Origin: Chiloscyllium plagiosum
Lineage: Eukaryota
Length of the DNA: 64,000 nucleotides
Assembly: GCF_004010195.1 (NCBI RefSeq)
Contig: NC_057760.1
Span: 1,802,776-1,866,775 of the forward strand
Reading direction: 5' to 3'
Below, piece after piece: positions 23,870 through 37,400 of this stretch. Under the pieces are notes generated by a model, which saw only the letters and a program-made list of their open reading frames with translations, did no database searches and was not told where the DNA came from. A program made the translations under genes and the position numbers. Numbering within the stretch: position 1 is the stretch's first letter; each line of letters opens with the position of its first letter.

Positions 23870-24180
23870 TTTATTTTTTTTTTACTTTTTCTACAGAATC
23901 CCCGACACTCCTGCTTTTTTTTCTCTGCTCAGTTTAATTTTTTTTTAAACATTACCCCCACACTCCCGCCTAACTGCGCTAGTGCTTATTTATTCCCCAG
24001 CACCCGTGTTGTGTGTGTGCAGGTGTGAGACACAGTCAGAGATACAAGGTGTACGAATCTTTATTCAGTTTCCACCACCAGGAAGATAGGAAAACACCCG
24101 AGTGGCCAGTGACAAGCACTGCCCTTCACATCAAAGGGCAATGCTGTGTGATCAAACAGCGATGGGGAGGGCAGGGATAT
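23870..24180 (-). mobile_element. Tx1-like LINE 3' tail with TSD
   Basis: Reverse complement of the 21250-21450 tail, T-rich end, atgagaccag(t/c)tttat on both sides. Confidence 0.65.
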
Positions 24181-27100
24181 GAGACCAGCTTTATAGTAAT
24201 GATGCACAATGACACTGATTAAGAAATGGGGAAATTACAATATATCTGGAAATGGAGTAATCTAGTTGCAAGTTTGTTAATTGGAAAACAGTTATTGGAT
24301 GAATGTCCTGTTCTTTCACACAATGCAACATCCTGACAGTATCGATGGTTCCATTCCTCCTCACAGGTAGGTGTTAATGTCTCCTCTGAAGTGGTGAGAT
24401 GCTTCCGTTGTCCTGTTTCTGGAGCATGTCTTTGTGGTGCCTCTCTGTCTGACCTGCTCTTTGTGTGGCTTTGGTATTGCTGGGTTGTGAAACTGCCCTT
24501 GGGGCTTTGAGATATCTGTGGTGCTCTGTCATGTCCATGGGAGCTTAAAGTGTATTCTCTTGTCTGTGTGCTGTCTGATTCAGCTTGTGAGCTGTTTGGG
24601 AATTCTGGGTGTTTTGGTACAGTTTGGCCAAGTTTGCTTTTGTGGGCTTATCCGTGGGTTAGCAAATCTTTTCCCAAACTCAGCAGAAATGGTTTATGCT
24701 AGACCTGGTTTTGAGGAATGATCAGCCAAATGGTCAAAGTTTCAGTGGGGGAGCATGTTGGGAACAGTGATCATAACTCTAAGCTTTTAAAGTTACCTAT
24801 GGCTAAGTAGACCTTGGGTGAAAGTTTTAAACTGATAACTACGGCAATATTAGGCAGGAACTGGGGAAGCGTAGATAGTGGGGGGGACTGGCAGCTGTTT
24901 AAGTCAACATCGGGCATGTGGGAATGTTTTAAAGGCCTGTTGGTTGGTGTTCCTGTCAACGTGAAGGATAAGGATGGCAAGATTCGGTAACCTTGGATGA
25001 TGAAAAATTGAGAGTTTAGTCAGAGACATACACGGAGTTTAAGAAACTGAAGGTAGAGCAACCCGTTGAAGAAATCAAAATGGCGGAAAATAACTCGAGC
25101 AAGGAACCAGGAGGGCTAAACCCGTCATGAAATGTCAACGGGATTAAGGGAAATCCCAAGGCGGTTTATACGTATCTAAGAAGCAAGAGGGTAGCTAGGG
25201 AAAAGATAGGTTGACTCGAGGATAGAGGAGGGAATTTATGCATGGAGACAGAGGCAGTGGGTGAGCTCCTTAACAAATACTTTGCATCGCTATTGACAAA
25301 GGAAAAAGACATGGTGGATGGGGAGTCTTGGGAGGGCTATGTTGATACTCTGGGATGTTTCAATATGTTAAAAACAAACCAAGTGGTGTTCGGAAAAGCA
25401 TTAAGATAGACAAGCCTCCAGGAACAAATGGGATCAATTCCCAAATGCCGAGGGAGACAGGTGTGAAAATTGCTGGGGTCTTGTGCGGAATCTTTGTGTC
25501 ACAGAGTCACAGAGATGTACACCACGGAAACAGACCCTTCTGTCCATCTCGTCCATGCCGACCCAGATATCCCAACCCAATCTAGTCCCACCTGCCAGCA
25601 CCCGGCCCATATCCCTCCAAACCCTTCCTATTCATATACCCATCCAAATACCGCTTAAATGTTGCAATTGTACCAGCCTCCACCACTTCCTCTGGCAGCT
25701 CATTCCATACATGTACCACCCTCTGNNNNNNNNNNNNNNNNNNNNNNNNNNNNNNNNNNNNNNNNNNNNNNNNNNNNNNNNNNNNNNNNNNNNNNNNNNN
25801 NNNNNNNNNNNNNNNNNNNNNNNNNNNNNNNNNCTGTACAGCCGCAACATGACCTCCCAACTCCTGTACTCAATACTCTGACTAATAAAGGAAAGCATAC
25901 CAAACACCTCCTCCACTATCCTATCTCCCTGCAACTCCACTTTCAAGGAGCTATGACCCTGCACTCCAAGGTCTCTTTGTTCAGCAACACTCCCCAGGAC
26001 CTTACCATTAAGTGTCATCTTTAGATCACAAGAGGTCCCACAGGACTGGAGAGTAGTTGTTTGTTTGTTTAAGAAGGGCAACAGGGATAATCTGGGAAAT
26101 TACAGTCAGCCTCACATCAGTGGGAGGGAAATTATTGGAGAAGATTCCTTGGGATAGGATTTACTCCTATTTGGAAAAAAAAATGGACTTATTAACCGTA
26201 AGCAGCTTGGCTGTGTTCAGGGGAGGTTTTGTCTCACAAACTTGATTGGAGATTTTTGAGAAAGCGACAAAGATGATTGATGAGGGCAGAGCAAGGACTT
26301 TTAAAAAGGTCAATCTTGGCAGAGATATACAAACGGTCAAGTCACATGCAACCCGCAGTGAGTTGGTAAGATGGATACAGAACTGGCCTAGTTAATAGAA
26401 ATGTGACAATGCTGCCCTTTAACAAGGTTATGTTGTCCTTGGGTTTTGCTGAAGAGGGGTCATAAAGGCAGAGGTTCCGATATGTCTGGAAATATCTACT
26501 TGAAAACAAAAGCAGGGAGTGGCCAGTTCTCCTAGACCAGGTTTTTAAAAACTAGTTTGGTTTAGTTTTGAGCAGCCACTGCTGGGGACCTAGAGAAGCA
26601 GCCACAGTGAAAAGATGTTCCATGTTTTAACAGAGATCTTGCCTGAACTTCCTCTCTGAAATCTCACTGGTCTGTAAGAACCTGTGTTTGAATTTACCTT
26701 TTGCCAAAGGGGTGTGTTTATGGGATGTTGCAAAGATTGGAACAACTTCGTTAAGATGTGATATCACGTTAGTTGGGTTATCAAATAAGTTATACTAAAT
26801 TCTGTTTTAGAGTCATAGACTCATAGAGCTGTACAGCACAGAAATAGACCCTTCAGTCCAACCCGTCCATGCCGACCAGATATCCCAACTCAATCTAGTC
26901 CCACCTGCCAGCACCCGGCCCATATCCCTCCAAACCCTTCCTATTCATATACCCATCCAAATGTCTTTTAAATGTTGCAATTGTACCAGCCTCCACCACT
27001 TCCTCTGGCAGCTCATTCCAAACACATAACACCCTCTGAGTGAAAAAGTTGCCCCTTAGGTCCCTTTTATATCTTTCCTCTCTCACCCTAAACCTCTAAT

Positions 27101-28029
27101 TCTGGACTCCTCCACCCCAGGGAAAAGACTTCCATTTACCCTATCCGTGCCCCCTCATGATTTTATAAACCTCTATAATGTCACCCCTCAGCCTCCGGTG
27201 CTGCAGGGAAAACAGCCCCAGCCTATAGCTCAAACCCTCCAACCCTGGCAACATCCTTGTAAATCTTTTCTGAACCCTTTCAAGTTTCACAACATCCTTC
27301 CATAGAACATAGAACAGTACATCACAGAACAGGCCCTACAGCCCACGATGTTGTGCCAACCATTGATCCTCATGTGAGGTAAACCTAATGTACGAACTCT
27401 AAAATTTCTGTGACCATATGCATGTCCAGCAGTCTCTTAAATATCCCCAATGACTTCGCTTCCACAACTGCTGCTGGCAACGCATTCCATGCTCTTACAA
27501 CTCTCTGCGTAAAGAACCCGCCTCTGACATCCCCTCTACACTTTCCTCCAACCAGCTTAAAGCTATGACCCCTCGTGTTAACAATTTCTGCCCTGGGAAA
27601 AAGTCTCTGGCTATGAACTCTATCTATGCCTCTCATTATCTTGGATACCTCAGTTAGGTCCCCTCTCTTCCTTCTCTTTTCCAATGAAAAACGTCCGAAC
27701 TCAGTCAACCTCTCTTTGTAAGAGAAGCCCTCCATTCCAGGCAGCATCCTGGTAAACCTCCTCTGAACCCTCTCCAAATCCACATCTTTCCTATAATAGG
27801 GTGACCAGAACTGGACACAGTATTCCAAGTGCGGTCTAACCAAAGTTTTATAGAGCTGCAACAAGATCTCACGGCTCTTAAACTCAATCCCCGTGTTAAT
27901 AGGAAGGAGAGCTTGACAGTTGCGATAGAAGGGGGTTTTTCTGACTGGAGGTCTGTGACCAGTGATGTTCTACAGGGATCAGTGGTCCAATCCCTGTTGT
28001 TTGTAATTTATAGATATAAATGATTAGCG

Positions 28030-28565
28030 AGCTTTGAGAAGATTTGTAACTCAGGTTGAGGTTCTGGATTTAGGTTTGCTCACTGAGCTGCAAGGTCCGT
28101 TTTTAGATGTTTTGTCACCATACTGGGTAACATCGTCAGTGAGTCTCTGAAAGAAGCGCTGGTAGTATGGCCCACTTTCTGTTTGTATGTTTGGGTTTCC
28201 TTGGGTTGGTGATGTCATTTCCTGTGGTGACATAATTTCATATGGTGATGTCGTTTCCTGTTCTTTTTCTCGGGGGGTGGTAAATGGGGTCCAAATCGAT
28301 GTGTTTGTTGATAGAGTTCCTCATCCGTATGTAAGGATACTAGTGAGAGTGGGTCATGTCTTTTTGTGGCTAGTTGATGTTCATGTATCCTGGCGGCTAG
28401 TTTTCTGCCTGTTTGTCCAATGTAGTGTTTGCTACAGTTCTTGCAAGGTATTCTATAGATGGCATTTGTTTTGCTTGTTGTCTGTATAGGGTCTTTCAAG
28501 TTCATTAGCTGCTGTTTTAGTGTGTTGGTTGGTTTGTGGGCTACCATGATGCTAAGGGGTCTGTG
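28030..28565 (-). mobile_element. Penelope-like element fragment (GIY-YIG endonuclease and pLTR)
   Basis: AIYRIPCKNCSKHYIGQTGRKLAARIHEH (ORF 28215-28547). Decayed hammerhead core ctgacga…gacaaaac near 28105-28140. Confidence 0.85.
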
Positions 28566-29191
28566 TATAGATGGGCCAATGGGCTGAGAAGTGGCAGAAG
28601 GCGTTTGGTATGCTTTCCTTTATTGGTCAGAGTATTGAGTACAGGAGTTGGGAGGTCATGTTGCAGCTGTACAGGACATTGGTTAGGCCACTGTTGGAAT
28701 ATTGTGTGCAATTCTGGTCTCCTTCCTATCGGAAAGATGTTGTGAAACTTGAAAGGGGTCAGAAAAGATTTACAAGGATGTTGCCAGGGTTGGAGGGTTT
28801 GAGCTACAGGGAGAGGCTGAACAGGCTGGGGCTGTTTTTCCTGGAGTGTCGGAGACTGAGAGATGACCTTATAGAGGTTTATAAAATCATGAGGGGCATG
28901 GATAGGGTAAATAGACAAAGTCTTTTCCCTGGGGTGGAGGAGTCATGAACTAGAGGGCATAGGTTTAGGGTGAGAGGGGAAAGATATAAAAGAGTTCTAA
29001 GGGGCAACTTTTTCACAGAGGGTGGTGTGTGTATGGAATGAGCTGCCAGAGAAAGTGGTGGAGGCTGGTACAATTGCAACATTTAAAAGGCATCTGGATG
29101 GGGACATGGATAGAAAGGGTTTGGAGGGATATGGGCTGGGTGCTGGCAGATGGGACTAGATTGGGTCGGCATGGACGGGTTGGGCCGAAGG

Positions 29192-29360
29192 TGGAAGTGA
29201 GCACTGCAGATGCTGGAGATCAGAGTCAAGATTAGAGTGGTGCTGGAAAAGCACAGCAGGTCAGGCAGCATCCGAGGAGCAGGAAAATCGACGTTTCGGG
29301 CAGGAGCCCTTTATCAGGAATTCCTGATGAGGGGCTCCTGCCTGAAATGTCGATTTTGAG
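29192..29360. mobile_element. Penelope-derived insert with two inverted hammerhead cores
   Basis: TSD ttgg(g/a)ccgaagg. Palindrome centred on gaattc at 29318-29323. Confidence 0.7.
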
Positions 29361-30590
29361 TTGGACCGAAGGGTCTGTTTCTGTGCTGTACATCTCTATG
29401 ACTCCACCTACCTCAACCACTCCACTAACAGCTCATTCCTTATACATATCACCCTCAGTGTTAAAAAGTAGCCCCTCAGGCTCCCTTTTATTCTATAACC
29501 TGAAACTGATGCCCTCCAGTCCTCGAATTCCCAACCCTGGGAATGAGTGCATTCACCCTATCCAAGCCTCTCATGATCTTATACACTTCTATAAGGTCCC
29601 TCCCTCAGTCTCCTACGCTCTAAAGAAAAAAGTCCTCGCTTGTCCAACCCCCTCCGTATAACTCAGACCATTGAGTCCAGGCAACGTCCTTGTAAATTCC
29701 TTCCGCACACTTTCCAGTTTAACAACATCCTCCCTATAGCAAGGTGACCAAAACTCAACACAATACTTTAAGTGTGGCCTCACCAACGTCCTGTCCAACT
29801 GCAACATAACTTCCCAACGTCTATACTCAGTGCCCTGCCTGATGAAGGCCAGTGGGCCAAAAGCCTTCCTCACTGCCCTGTCTACCTGGGACTCCACTTT
29901 CAGAGAACTCTGCACCCAAACCCCAAGCTCCCTCTGTTCCACTACACTCCTTAACACCCTACCATTCAATGTGAAACTCCTACCTTGGTGTGACTTTACA
30001 AAATTCAAGACCTCCACTTACCTCTATTAAATTCCATTTGCCATTTCTTGGCCCACTTCCCCAGCTGATCAAGGTCCTGCTGTAATTTCTGATCACCTTC
30101 CTCGCTGTCCACGATACCATCCATTTTAGCGTCATCAGCAAACTTACTAATCATACCTTGTACATTCTCATCCAAGTCATTGATATAGACAACCACTGAC
30201 TAGAAATTGGACTGGATCCAGCCATATAAATGCTATGGCTACAAAAGCAGGCCAGAGGCTCTATGGTGTGGGCATTGATGACCAGTATATAGTGCCCATT
30301 CCATAACTATCCCCTTGAGAAGGTGAGGGTGAGCTGCTAGGAATCCTGCAGCGAGTATCTCACCTCCTGACTCTCCCCAGCCCCACCAAAGCCTGTCTAC
30401 TATCAGCAAGGCAGGAATTTGAGGGAACACTCCCCATTTGCCATGGATGGGGTGGGGTTGGACAGATCCAATATTCTAGAAGCTCAACACCATCCAGGAC
30501 AAAGCAGCCCCACATGATTGGCACCACATCCAGAAACATCTACTCCCTCCACCACCAACTTTCAGTTGCAGCAGTGTGTACCATTTACAA

Positions 30591-30899
30591 CCTGGCCTGC
30601 TGTGCTGTTCCAGCAATAAAGTTTCAACTTTGATCTCCAGCATCTGCAGACCTCACTTTCTCCTCGAAGATTTCAACCTACTGCGAATCCTCTTACAAGG
30701 ATGCCTTCATTGAAGAAGCTCTCTGCCTCTCCTTACAAAGATTTCAGTGAGTCCCTCTCTCACTGCACACCCCAGGTCATCTTCTCCTGCTGAACACTCT
30801 CTGCTCATTCCTGAAGAAGGGCCTGTGCCCGAAACGTCGAATCTCCTGTTCCCTGGATGCTGCCTGGCCTGCTGTGCTGTTCCAGCAATAAAGTTTCAA
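30591..30899 (+). mobile_element. Non-autonomous Penelope-derived element with terminal direct repeat and 10-bp TSD
   Basis: ccatttacaa at 30581-30590 and 30900-30909. cctggcctgctgtgctgttccagcaataaagtttcaac at both ends. Confidence 0.8.
30807..30842 (+). ncRNA. Minimal type I hammerhead ribozyme motif
   Basis: attc-CTGAAGA-a-GGGC-ctgt-GCCC-GAAAC-GTC-gaat. Confidence 0.78.
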
Positions 30900-31911
30900 C
30901 CATTTACAAGACCCACTCACCAAGGCTCCTTACCACCTTCTAAACCCATGACCACCCTAAAAGGGCAAGGGCAGCAGATACATGGTAACACCACCTCCCC
31001 CGGCCAGTTCTCCTGTGAGGCCCCCCCCCCCCCACACAAGCAATCTCGACTTGGAAACACATCAGCCATTTCTTCAATGTCCAAATCCTGGAACTCCCTC
31101 CCTAACGCTTCTGTGCAGAGCTTCCCTACACCACACTGGGGTGGGGGGGGGGGGGGGTGGGGCAGCATTTCAAGATGGTGGCCCATCCCCCACCTTCTCA
31201 AGGGGGTAATTATGGAAGGCATTAACTACTGGCCATCAATGTACACATCCTGTGAATATACAACATGTTAATTGTGCAATTGAAACCAAAGAGTGATGTG
31301 GTGCATTGGTAATTTCCCAGGGCTAGTAATCCAGGACCCAGACTAATGCTCTAGAATACATGGATTCAAATCCACTTAATAAAATCCACCAGCATGTCGA
31401 GACCACACTTTTCAGTTTTGTGCTTTTTAAAAAAAATTATGGGCTAAAATGAGAACTGTTTTAAAACCAAGGATTGCTGCAAGGTGTGAAAGCAACTTAT
31501 TTGATCCTCATTGTGAGCACTGTTTACACAGCTATTGGTTACAGTTGTGTTCGCAGGTAAACTGGAACCGTGGGGCTGTGTACAAATGGAGCTTTGGCTG
31601 GCAACAGGCAGCTGATTGGTTTGTGTGCAGGTGACTAGTGACCAATAGCAAAGGCCTTCCGTCTGCCAACAACGAAGTGATCTCTCCACATGTAAATAAC
31701 GGGTGACTTAGTGATGGGATACTGGCCTCTGTGGAGTATTTCAGTGGCAATGAGAGAAGAGCACGCTCCTGATTCAATCACAACAGTCACCTTTGAGTTG
31801 GGATAAGCATTTCTGACATCATGCCATTATTTGGAAAGCTTGACTTCTTCAAAACAAAAAAAAATCAACGAAATGACTGGTAGCTGAGCAGTGAACAGGA
31901 AAGGCATTACA

Positions 31912-32015
31912 CCATCTTGGTAAAGGAAGGCCTGCCTTCTTGCTGCAGTGTGGGCCATCTTGGTAAAGGAAGGCCTGCCTTCTTGCTGCAGTGTGGGCCA
32001 TCTTGGTAAAGGAAA
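31912..32015. repeat. 43-bp perfect tandem duplication (about 2.4 copies)
   Basis: ccatcttggtaaaggaaggcctgccttcttgctgcagtgtggg starts at 31912, 31955 and 31998. Confidence 0.9.
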
Positions 32016-33039
32016 GATACACAGAGGCCTTCAACCCAAGACGTGCTCAGGAACTCTCGCTCTGTTCTCCGTAGTAAAAGCCGCTTTAAGCCTGAAGAAA
32101 GCCAGATTACCTTTTGTTTGGCTGTTACTTTGACCTTTAATCAATAAGTCAGAGACTCTTTAAGCGGTGAATCAGCCACCCTGCCCCTTTTACAAACTAG
32201 TGGAAGCATCTGGAGAAGGAAGATTGAGCAGCAGTATTCTGAACAAGCATCATCTCAGCAGATCCTGTAAACACCTCCCAGTTTTCCCCATGTCCACAAT
32301 ACCCATGTTTTTCCTCCCCTCTCTCCATGGGTATGTCAGTTTATAGGGAACTGGAATTTTAATTCATAGAGTTATGTCCAACAGTTTATATTTTTCCCTG
32401 AAGCCAGAGGCAAATTACTCGTAGTAAGCAGCAATTTTTGTTCAGTACAGAAAACCCGTCCGTGTATTCTATGACCCTGGAAACTGGGGGATTCTGCCAA
32501 TCATTAAAAATCTTTGACGGTTGTGTCGTCTCTGGGAATGAAGGGGCTCCGTCTCCTGCACTCTAACCCAGTGAGGTGTGACAAAAGCTGGTCACACCTC
32601 ACTGTGTGACCCGTGACAACCAATTGGGGGTAACATCTCCACCCAGATTCACGAACGGGGGAGGGAAATCTGCCGGCCTTCCCCAGTCTGGGCCTACACG
32701 TGACTCCAGACTCCCTCCCACACAGCGACAGGGGGGGTTGCTGTCCGTCGGTCTGAGCGTAATTAAGGGCTGGTGTTGCCTGTGTCACTCAAATCCTGAG
32801 AAGTAAAACTGATCGAAAGCTTCACAATTACGTTAAGACACATGCGCGTGGTCATGCTGGGCAGAGACAAGTTAAATCGCAGCACCCTTTAACGCAACGT
32901 CCATTTTGAACAGCTTTGAAATGTCCTTTTACAAATTTTGAGGGCATATTTTTGGGAAAATTGAAAAACACATGACGCAGAAGGATTCAGTTAAAAATCT
33001 CACAACACCAGGTTATAATCCAATGTTGGACTATAATAA

Positions 33040-33418
33040 GGTCCTGGGGAGTGCTGCTGAACCTTGGAGTGCAGGTTCATAGCTCCTTGAAAGTAGAGTT
33101 GCAGGTAGATAGGATAGTGAAGGCGGCGTTTGGTATACTTTCCTTTATTGGTCAGAGTATTGAGTACAGGAGTTGGGAGGTCATGTTGTGGCTGTACAGG
33201 ACATTGGTTAGGCCACTGTTGGATTATTGTGTGCAATTCTGGTCTCCTTCCTATCGGAAAGATGTTGTGAAACTCGAAAGGGTTCAGAAAAGATTTACAA
33301 GGATGTTGCCAGGGTTGGAGCTATAGGGAGCGGCTGAACAGGCTGGGGATATTTTCCCTGGAGCGTCGGAGGCTGAGGGGTGACCTTATAGAGGTTTATA
33401 AAATCATGAGGGGGCATG
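33040..33418 (+). mobile_element. CR1 fragment running into a gap
   Basis: LVRPLLDYCVQFWSPSYRKD (ORF 33051-33326). Confidence 0.85.
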
Positions 33419-35584
33419 NNNNNNNNNNNNNNNNNNNNNNNNNNNNNNNNNNNNNNNNNNNNNNNNNNNNNNNNNNNNNNNNNNNNNNNNNNNNNNNNNN
33501 NNNNNNNNNNNNNNNNNNNNNNNNNNNNNNNNNNNNNNNNNNNNNNNNNNNNNNNNNNNNNNNNNNNNNNNNNNNNNNNNNNNNNNNNNNNNNNNNNNNN
33601 NNNNNNNNNNNNNNNNNNNNNNNNNNNNNNNNNNNNNNNNNNNNNNNNNNNNNNNNNNNNNNNNNNNNNNNNNNNNNNNNNNNNNNNNNNNNNNNNNNNN
33701 NNNNNNNNNNNNNNNNNNNNNNNNNNNNNNNNNNNNNNNNNNNNNNNNNNNNNNNNNNNNNNNNNNNNNNNNNNNNNNNNNNNNNNNNNNNNNNNNNNNN
33801 NNNNNNNNNNNNNNNNNNNNNNNNNNNNNNNNNNNNNNNNNNNNNNNNNNNNNNNNNNNNNNNNNNNNNNNNNNNNNNNNNNNNNNNNNNNNNNNNNNNN
33901 NNNNNNNNNNNNNNNNNNNNNNNNNNNNNNNNNNNNNNNNNNNNNNNNNNNNNNNNNNNNNNNNNNNNNNNNNNNNNNNNNNNNNNNNNNNNNNNNNNNN
34001 NNNNNNNNNNNNNNNNNNNNNNNNNNNNNNNNNNNNNNNNNNNNNNNNNNNNNNNNNNNNNNNNNNNNNNNNNNNNNNNNNNNNNNNNNNNNNNNNNNNN
34101 NNNNNNNNNNNNNNNNNNNNNNNNNNNNNNNNNNNNNNNNNNNNNNNNNNNNNNNNNNNNNNNNNNNNNNNNNNNNNNNNNNNNNNNNNNNNNNNNNNNN
34201 NNNNNNNNNNNNNNNNNNNNNNNNNNNNNNNNNNNNNNNNNNNNNNNNNNNNNNNNNNNNNNNNNNNNNNNNNNNNNNNNNGCGGAACCCGGGAGGAGGA
34301 GGGGGGAGGGGGGGGGGGGGGGGGGGGGGGGGCGCGAGTGGCTCGGCTTTCCAAGCTGCACTGCCTGGGACGTGCTGGGGGGGGGCGAGTTTGGGGGATG
34401 GTGGGGAGAGGGGGTAGCGGGTTCAACCGATGGGGAAGCTGGGATCCTCCCCCCACCCCAGGAGTGGATGAGGTCTCAGGGCCATGGTGGGAATGTGGAG
34501 CTGCTCCCTTCGCAGAGCCGGCGACGATACGACAGGCCGAGTGGTCACCGTGCTGAGCGCCAGGAAGAAAGGGAAACGCGAGACCGGAGTCAGATAAATT
34601 CACCTGATAGTTTAATAGCACGTACACCATCTCACAGAGGAGATTTAACCGGTTCCCTTATTTTAAACACAACCTGCAAGTAATAAATACTACAAAGGTC
34701 TTTTTTTTTTGAAAAACTTGCTTATTTCTTTTTTTTTGTTTTCCCTAGCCATTGGATGACTGTCTGTTGGCAGTTTGTACTCCCATTGGTATATAACATT
34801 TGTAATACATTGCCAAAGTACACAAATCTAGCACAATACAAAATGATAATACAGGCTGAGCAACAACAATACAGAAAAAATCTTTTTTTTTAAAAAAAAG
34901 CAAAATGGAAGGAAGAAAAATTCGTTTTGCCTAAATTAAACTTTTAAAATGAAAAACAGAGGCGGGGAGAGAGGAAGGGGGTGCGTTGGGAGGGATTGAC
35001 TCTGTTACGAGAGAGAGAGAGAGAGAGAGGGGGGATAAAGGACAGTTAATGTCCAGCTCAAACTGTAACATGCCATTAAAAACCATTTACATTACCCGAT
35101 GCAGTCACGTTCAGATATACAGGAAGACTGTACACAAGGAACATCAGGAAATGAGCATCTTGGGTCCGACTTAAGTCAACAACGCCAAAGGTTGCACAAG
35201 TTAGCTTTTGATGTGGACAAACGTCGTCTGTTCAGGACCACTCTTGGGGAAGTTGACCCATCGTCTGTCTCTCATACACACACACACACACACACACCAC
35301 CCCCTTCCCCCCTCTCCCGCTATGAGCGTTACCGAGCTGCAGGATCATTCCCAAGACCACCGCTTGGGGCTTAGTCCCCCTCCCACATGTGCGCATGGTC
35401 CGGTGGGTGGAACACGGCAGCCAGCACACGCTCACACCCGTCCAGAGGGTAAACGGGGGGGATTGTGCCCAGTGTGGTAATCGGGATGAACAATCGCCTC
35501 CACAAAGCCTCACCCCCCAAACCCCACATCCCCAAACTTCGCCCCTCCCCCACCTCAAACCCTGCTCTTCTGTACAAGAGGAAT

Positions 35585-36600
35585 CTTTAACGTCCGCCTG
35601 AAAAGGCAGACGGGGCCTTGGTTTAACGTCTTGACCGACAGACAGCACCACTGACAGTGCGGCACTCCCTCAGTGCTGACCCTCCCACAGCACCCGCTCC
35701 CTCAGCACTGACCCTCCGACAGTGCGGCACTCCCTCAGCACTGACCCTCCCACAGCGCCCGCTCCCTCAGCACTGACCCTCCCACAAAGCCCACTCCCTC
35801 AGTGCTGACCCTCTCACAGTGCCCGCTCCCTCAGCAGTGACCCTCCGACAGTGCGGCACTCCCTCAGCACTGACCCTCCCACAGCGCCCGCTCCCTCAGC
35901 ACTGACCCTCCCACAGTGCCCACTCCCTCAGCACTGTCCCTCCGACAGCACCCGCTCCCTCAGCACTGACCCTCACACAGTGCCCACTCCCTCAGCACTG
36001 ACCCTCACACAGTGCCCACTCCCTCAGCACTGACCCTCACAGTGCCCACTCCCTCAGCACTGACCATCCCACAGTGCCCACTCCCGACCCTCCCACAGCA
36101 CCCACTCCATCAGCACTGACCCTCCCACAGCACCCACTCCATCAGCACTGACCCTCCCACAGCACCCACTCCATCAGCACTGACCCTCCCACAGCACCCA
36201 CTCCATCAGCACTGACCCTCCCACAGCACCCACTCCCTCAGTGCTGACCCTCCGACAGCACCCGCTCCCTCAGCGCTTACCCTCCCACAGCACCCACTCC
36301 CTCAGCGCTGACTCTCCAACAGCACCTACTCCCTCAGCGCTGACGCTCCAACAGCGCCCGCTCCCTCAGCACTGACCCTCCAATAGCGCCTACTCCCTCA
36401 GCGCTGACGCTCCAACAGTGCCCGCTCCCTCAGCACTGACCCTCCGACAGTGTCCACTCCCTCAGCGCTGACCCTCCAACAGTACCTGCTCCTTCAGCGC
36501 TGACCCTCCGACAGTGCCCGCTCCCTCAGTGCTGCCCCTGAGGGTGTCAGCCTGGATTATGGGCCTGGAGTTTCTGGAGGGAGGTCGCGAACTCACTTGG
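35585..36600 (-). repeat. 32-bp minisatellite inside a DeuSINE/SacSINE-like element
   Basis: Reverse complement of the 6720-7330 unit. Flanked by Deu-like ggcagacggggccttggtttaacgtc and gtgtcagcctggattatg. Confidence 0.8.
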
Positions 36601-37084
36601 CCAGCTAAGTCCGAGCCGAGAGAAGGATGCCAGCTGACCCAAAGCTGGCATCTCGTGTAACAGATGGTCAGAGGCCCGTAGGTTAAGTCTCTTGCAGAGT
36701 AACTTGACCTTTTCAATATACAATTACCACAAACCCCATCCCCATCACTCCCACCCACCCACCAACCCACAAGCAACAACCACATACAATGTAGAATCGA
36801 AAGCTCAGGGACCTTTCCAAAGTACAACTGGAGTGTGCCTGAGGAATCAGTTGCTTTGCCTGATGCCTTTCGGACAGGACGGGCACCACTGAGTCAGTGT
36901 GTCCTACCGTCCTCTGCACCGACCGAGGGGAGCAGAGAGACGGTCTCCTCATCCATCCCTTTCTTCACAAACTGCCCCCCCCCACCCGTCTCTGAACACA
37001 CTCGCCAGTGGACTAGCTCTTTAAAACACCCAGCGTTGGGTGGGACGTGTGTGAGAGAACTGCAAGTGAGCAAACACGCTGAGC

Positions 37085-37400
37085 ATGACACACATGGATA
37101 CACACACAGACACAGACACAGACAGACACACACACACGGATACACACACAGACATAAACATACAGACACACACAGACACAAACACACATAGACTCGTGCA
37201 CACAGACATAAACACACACACACACGGATACACACAGACACAGACACACACCCACATAGACTCGTGCACACACAGACATAAACACACGCGGATACACACA
37301 GACACAGAGACAAACACACAGACTCGTGCACACACAGACACAGGCTCATGCACACACACACACACACAACACACTCGTACACACAGAGACATACACACAC
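37085..37400. repeat. Degenerate (CA)n/(CAGA)n microsatellite
   Basis: Visible low-complexity tract. Confidence 0.95.

Larger units (their letters stand above)
24695..30195. mobile_element. Cluster of nested CR1 fragments in both orientations, with an LTR-like piece at about 26400-26800
   Basis: Repeated CR1 RT and C-terminal motifs (ORFs 25582, 26895, 27385, 28571, 29613, 30005) and catagag/agaacat tails. Confidence 0.85.
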
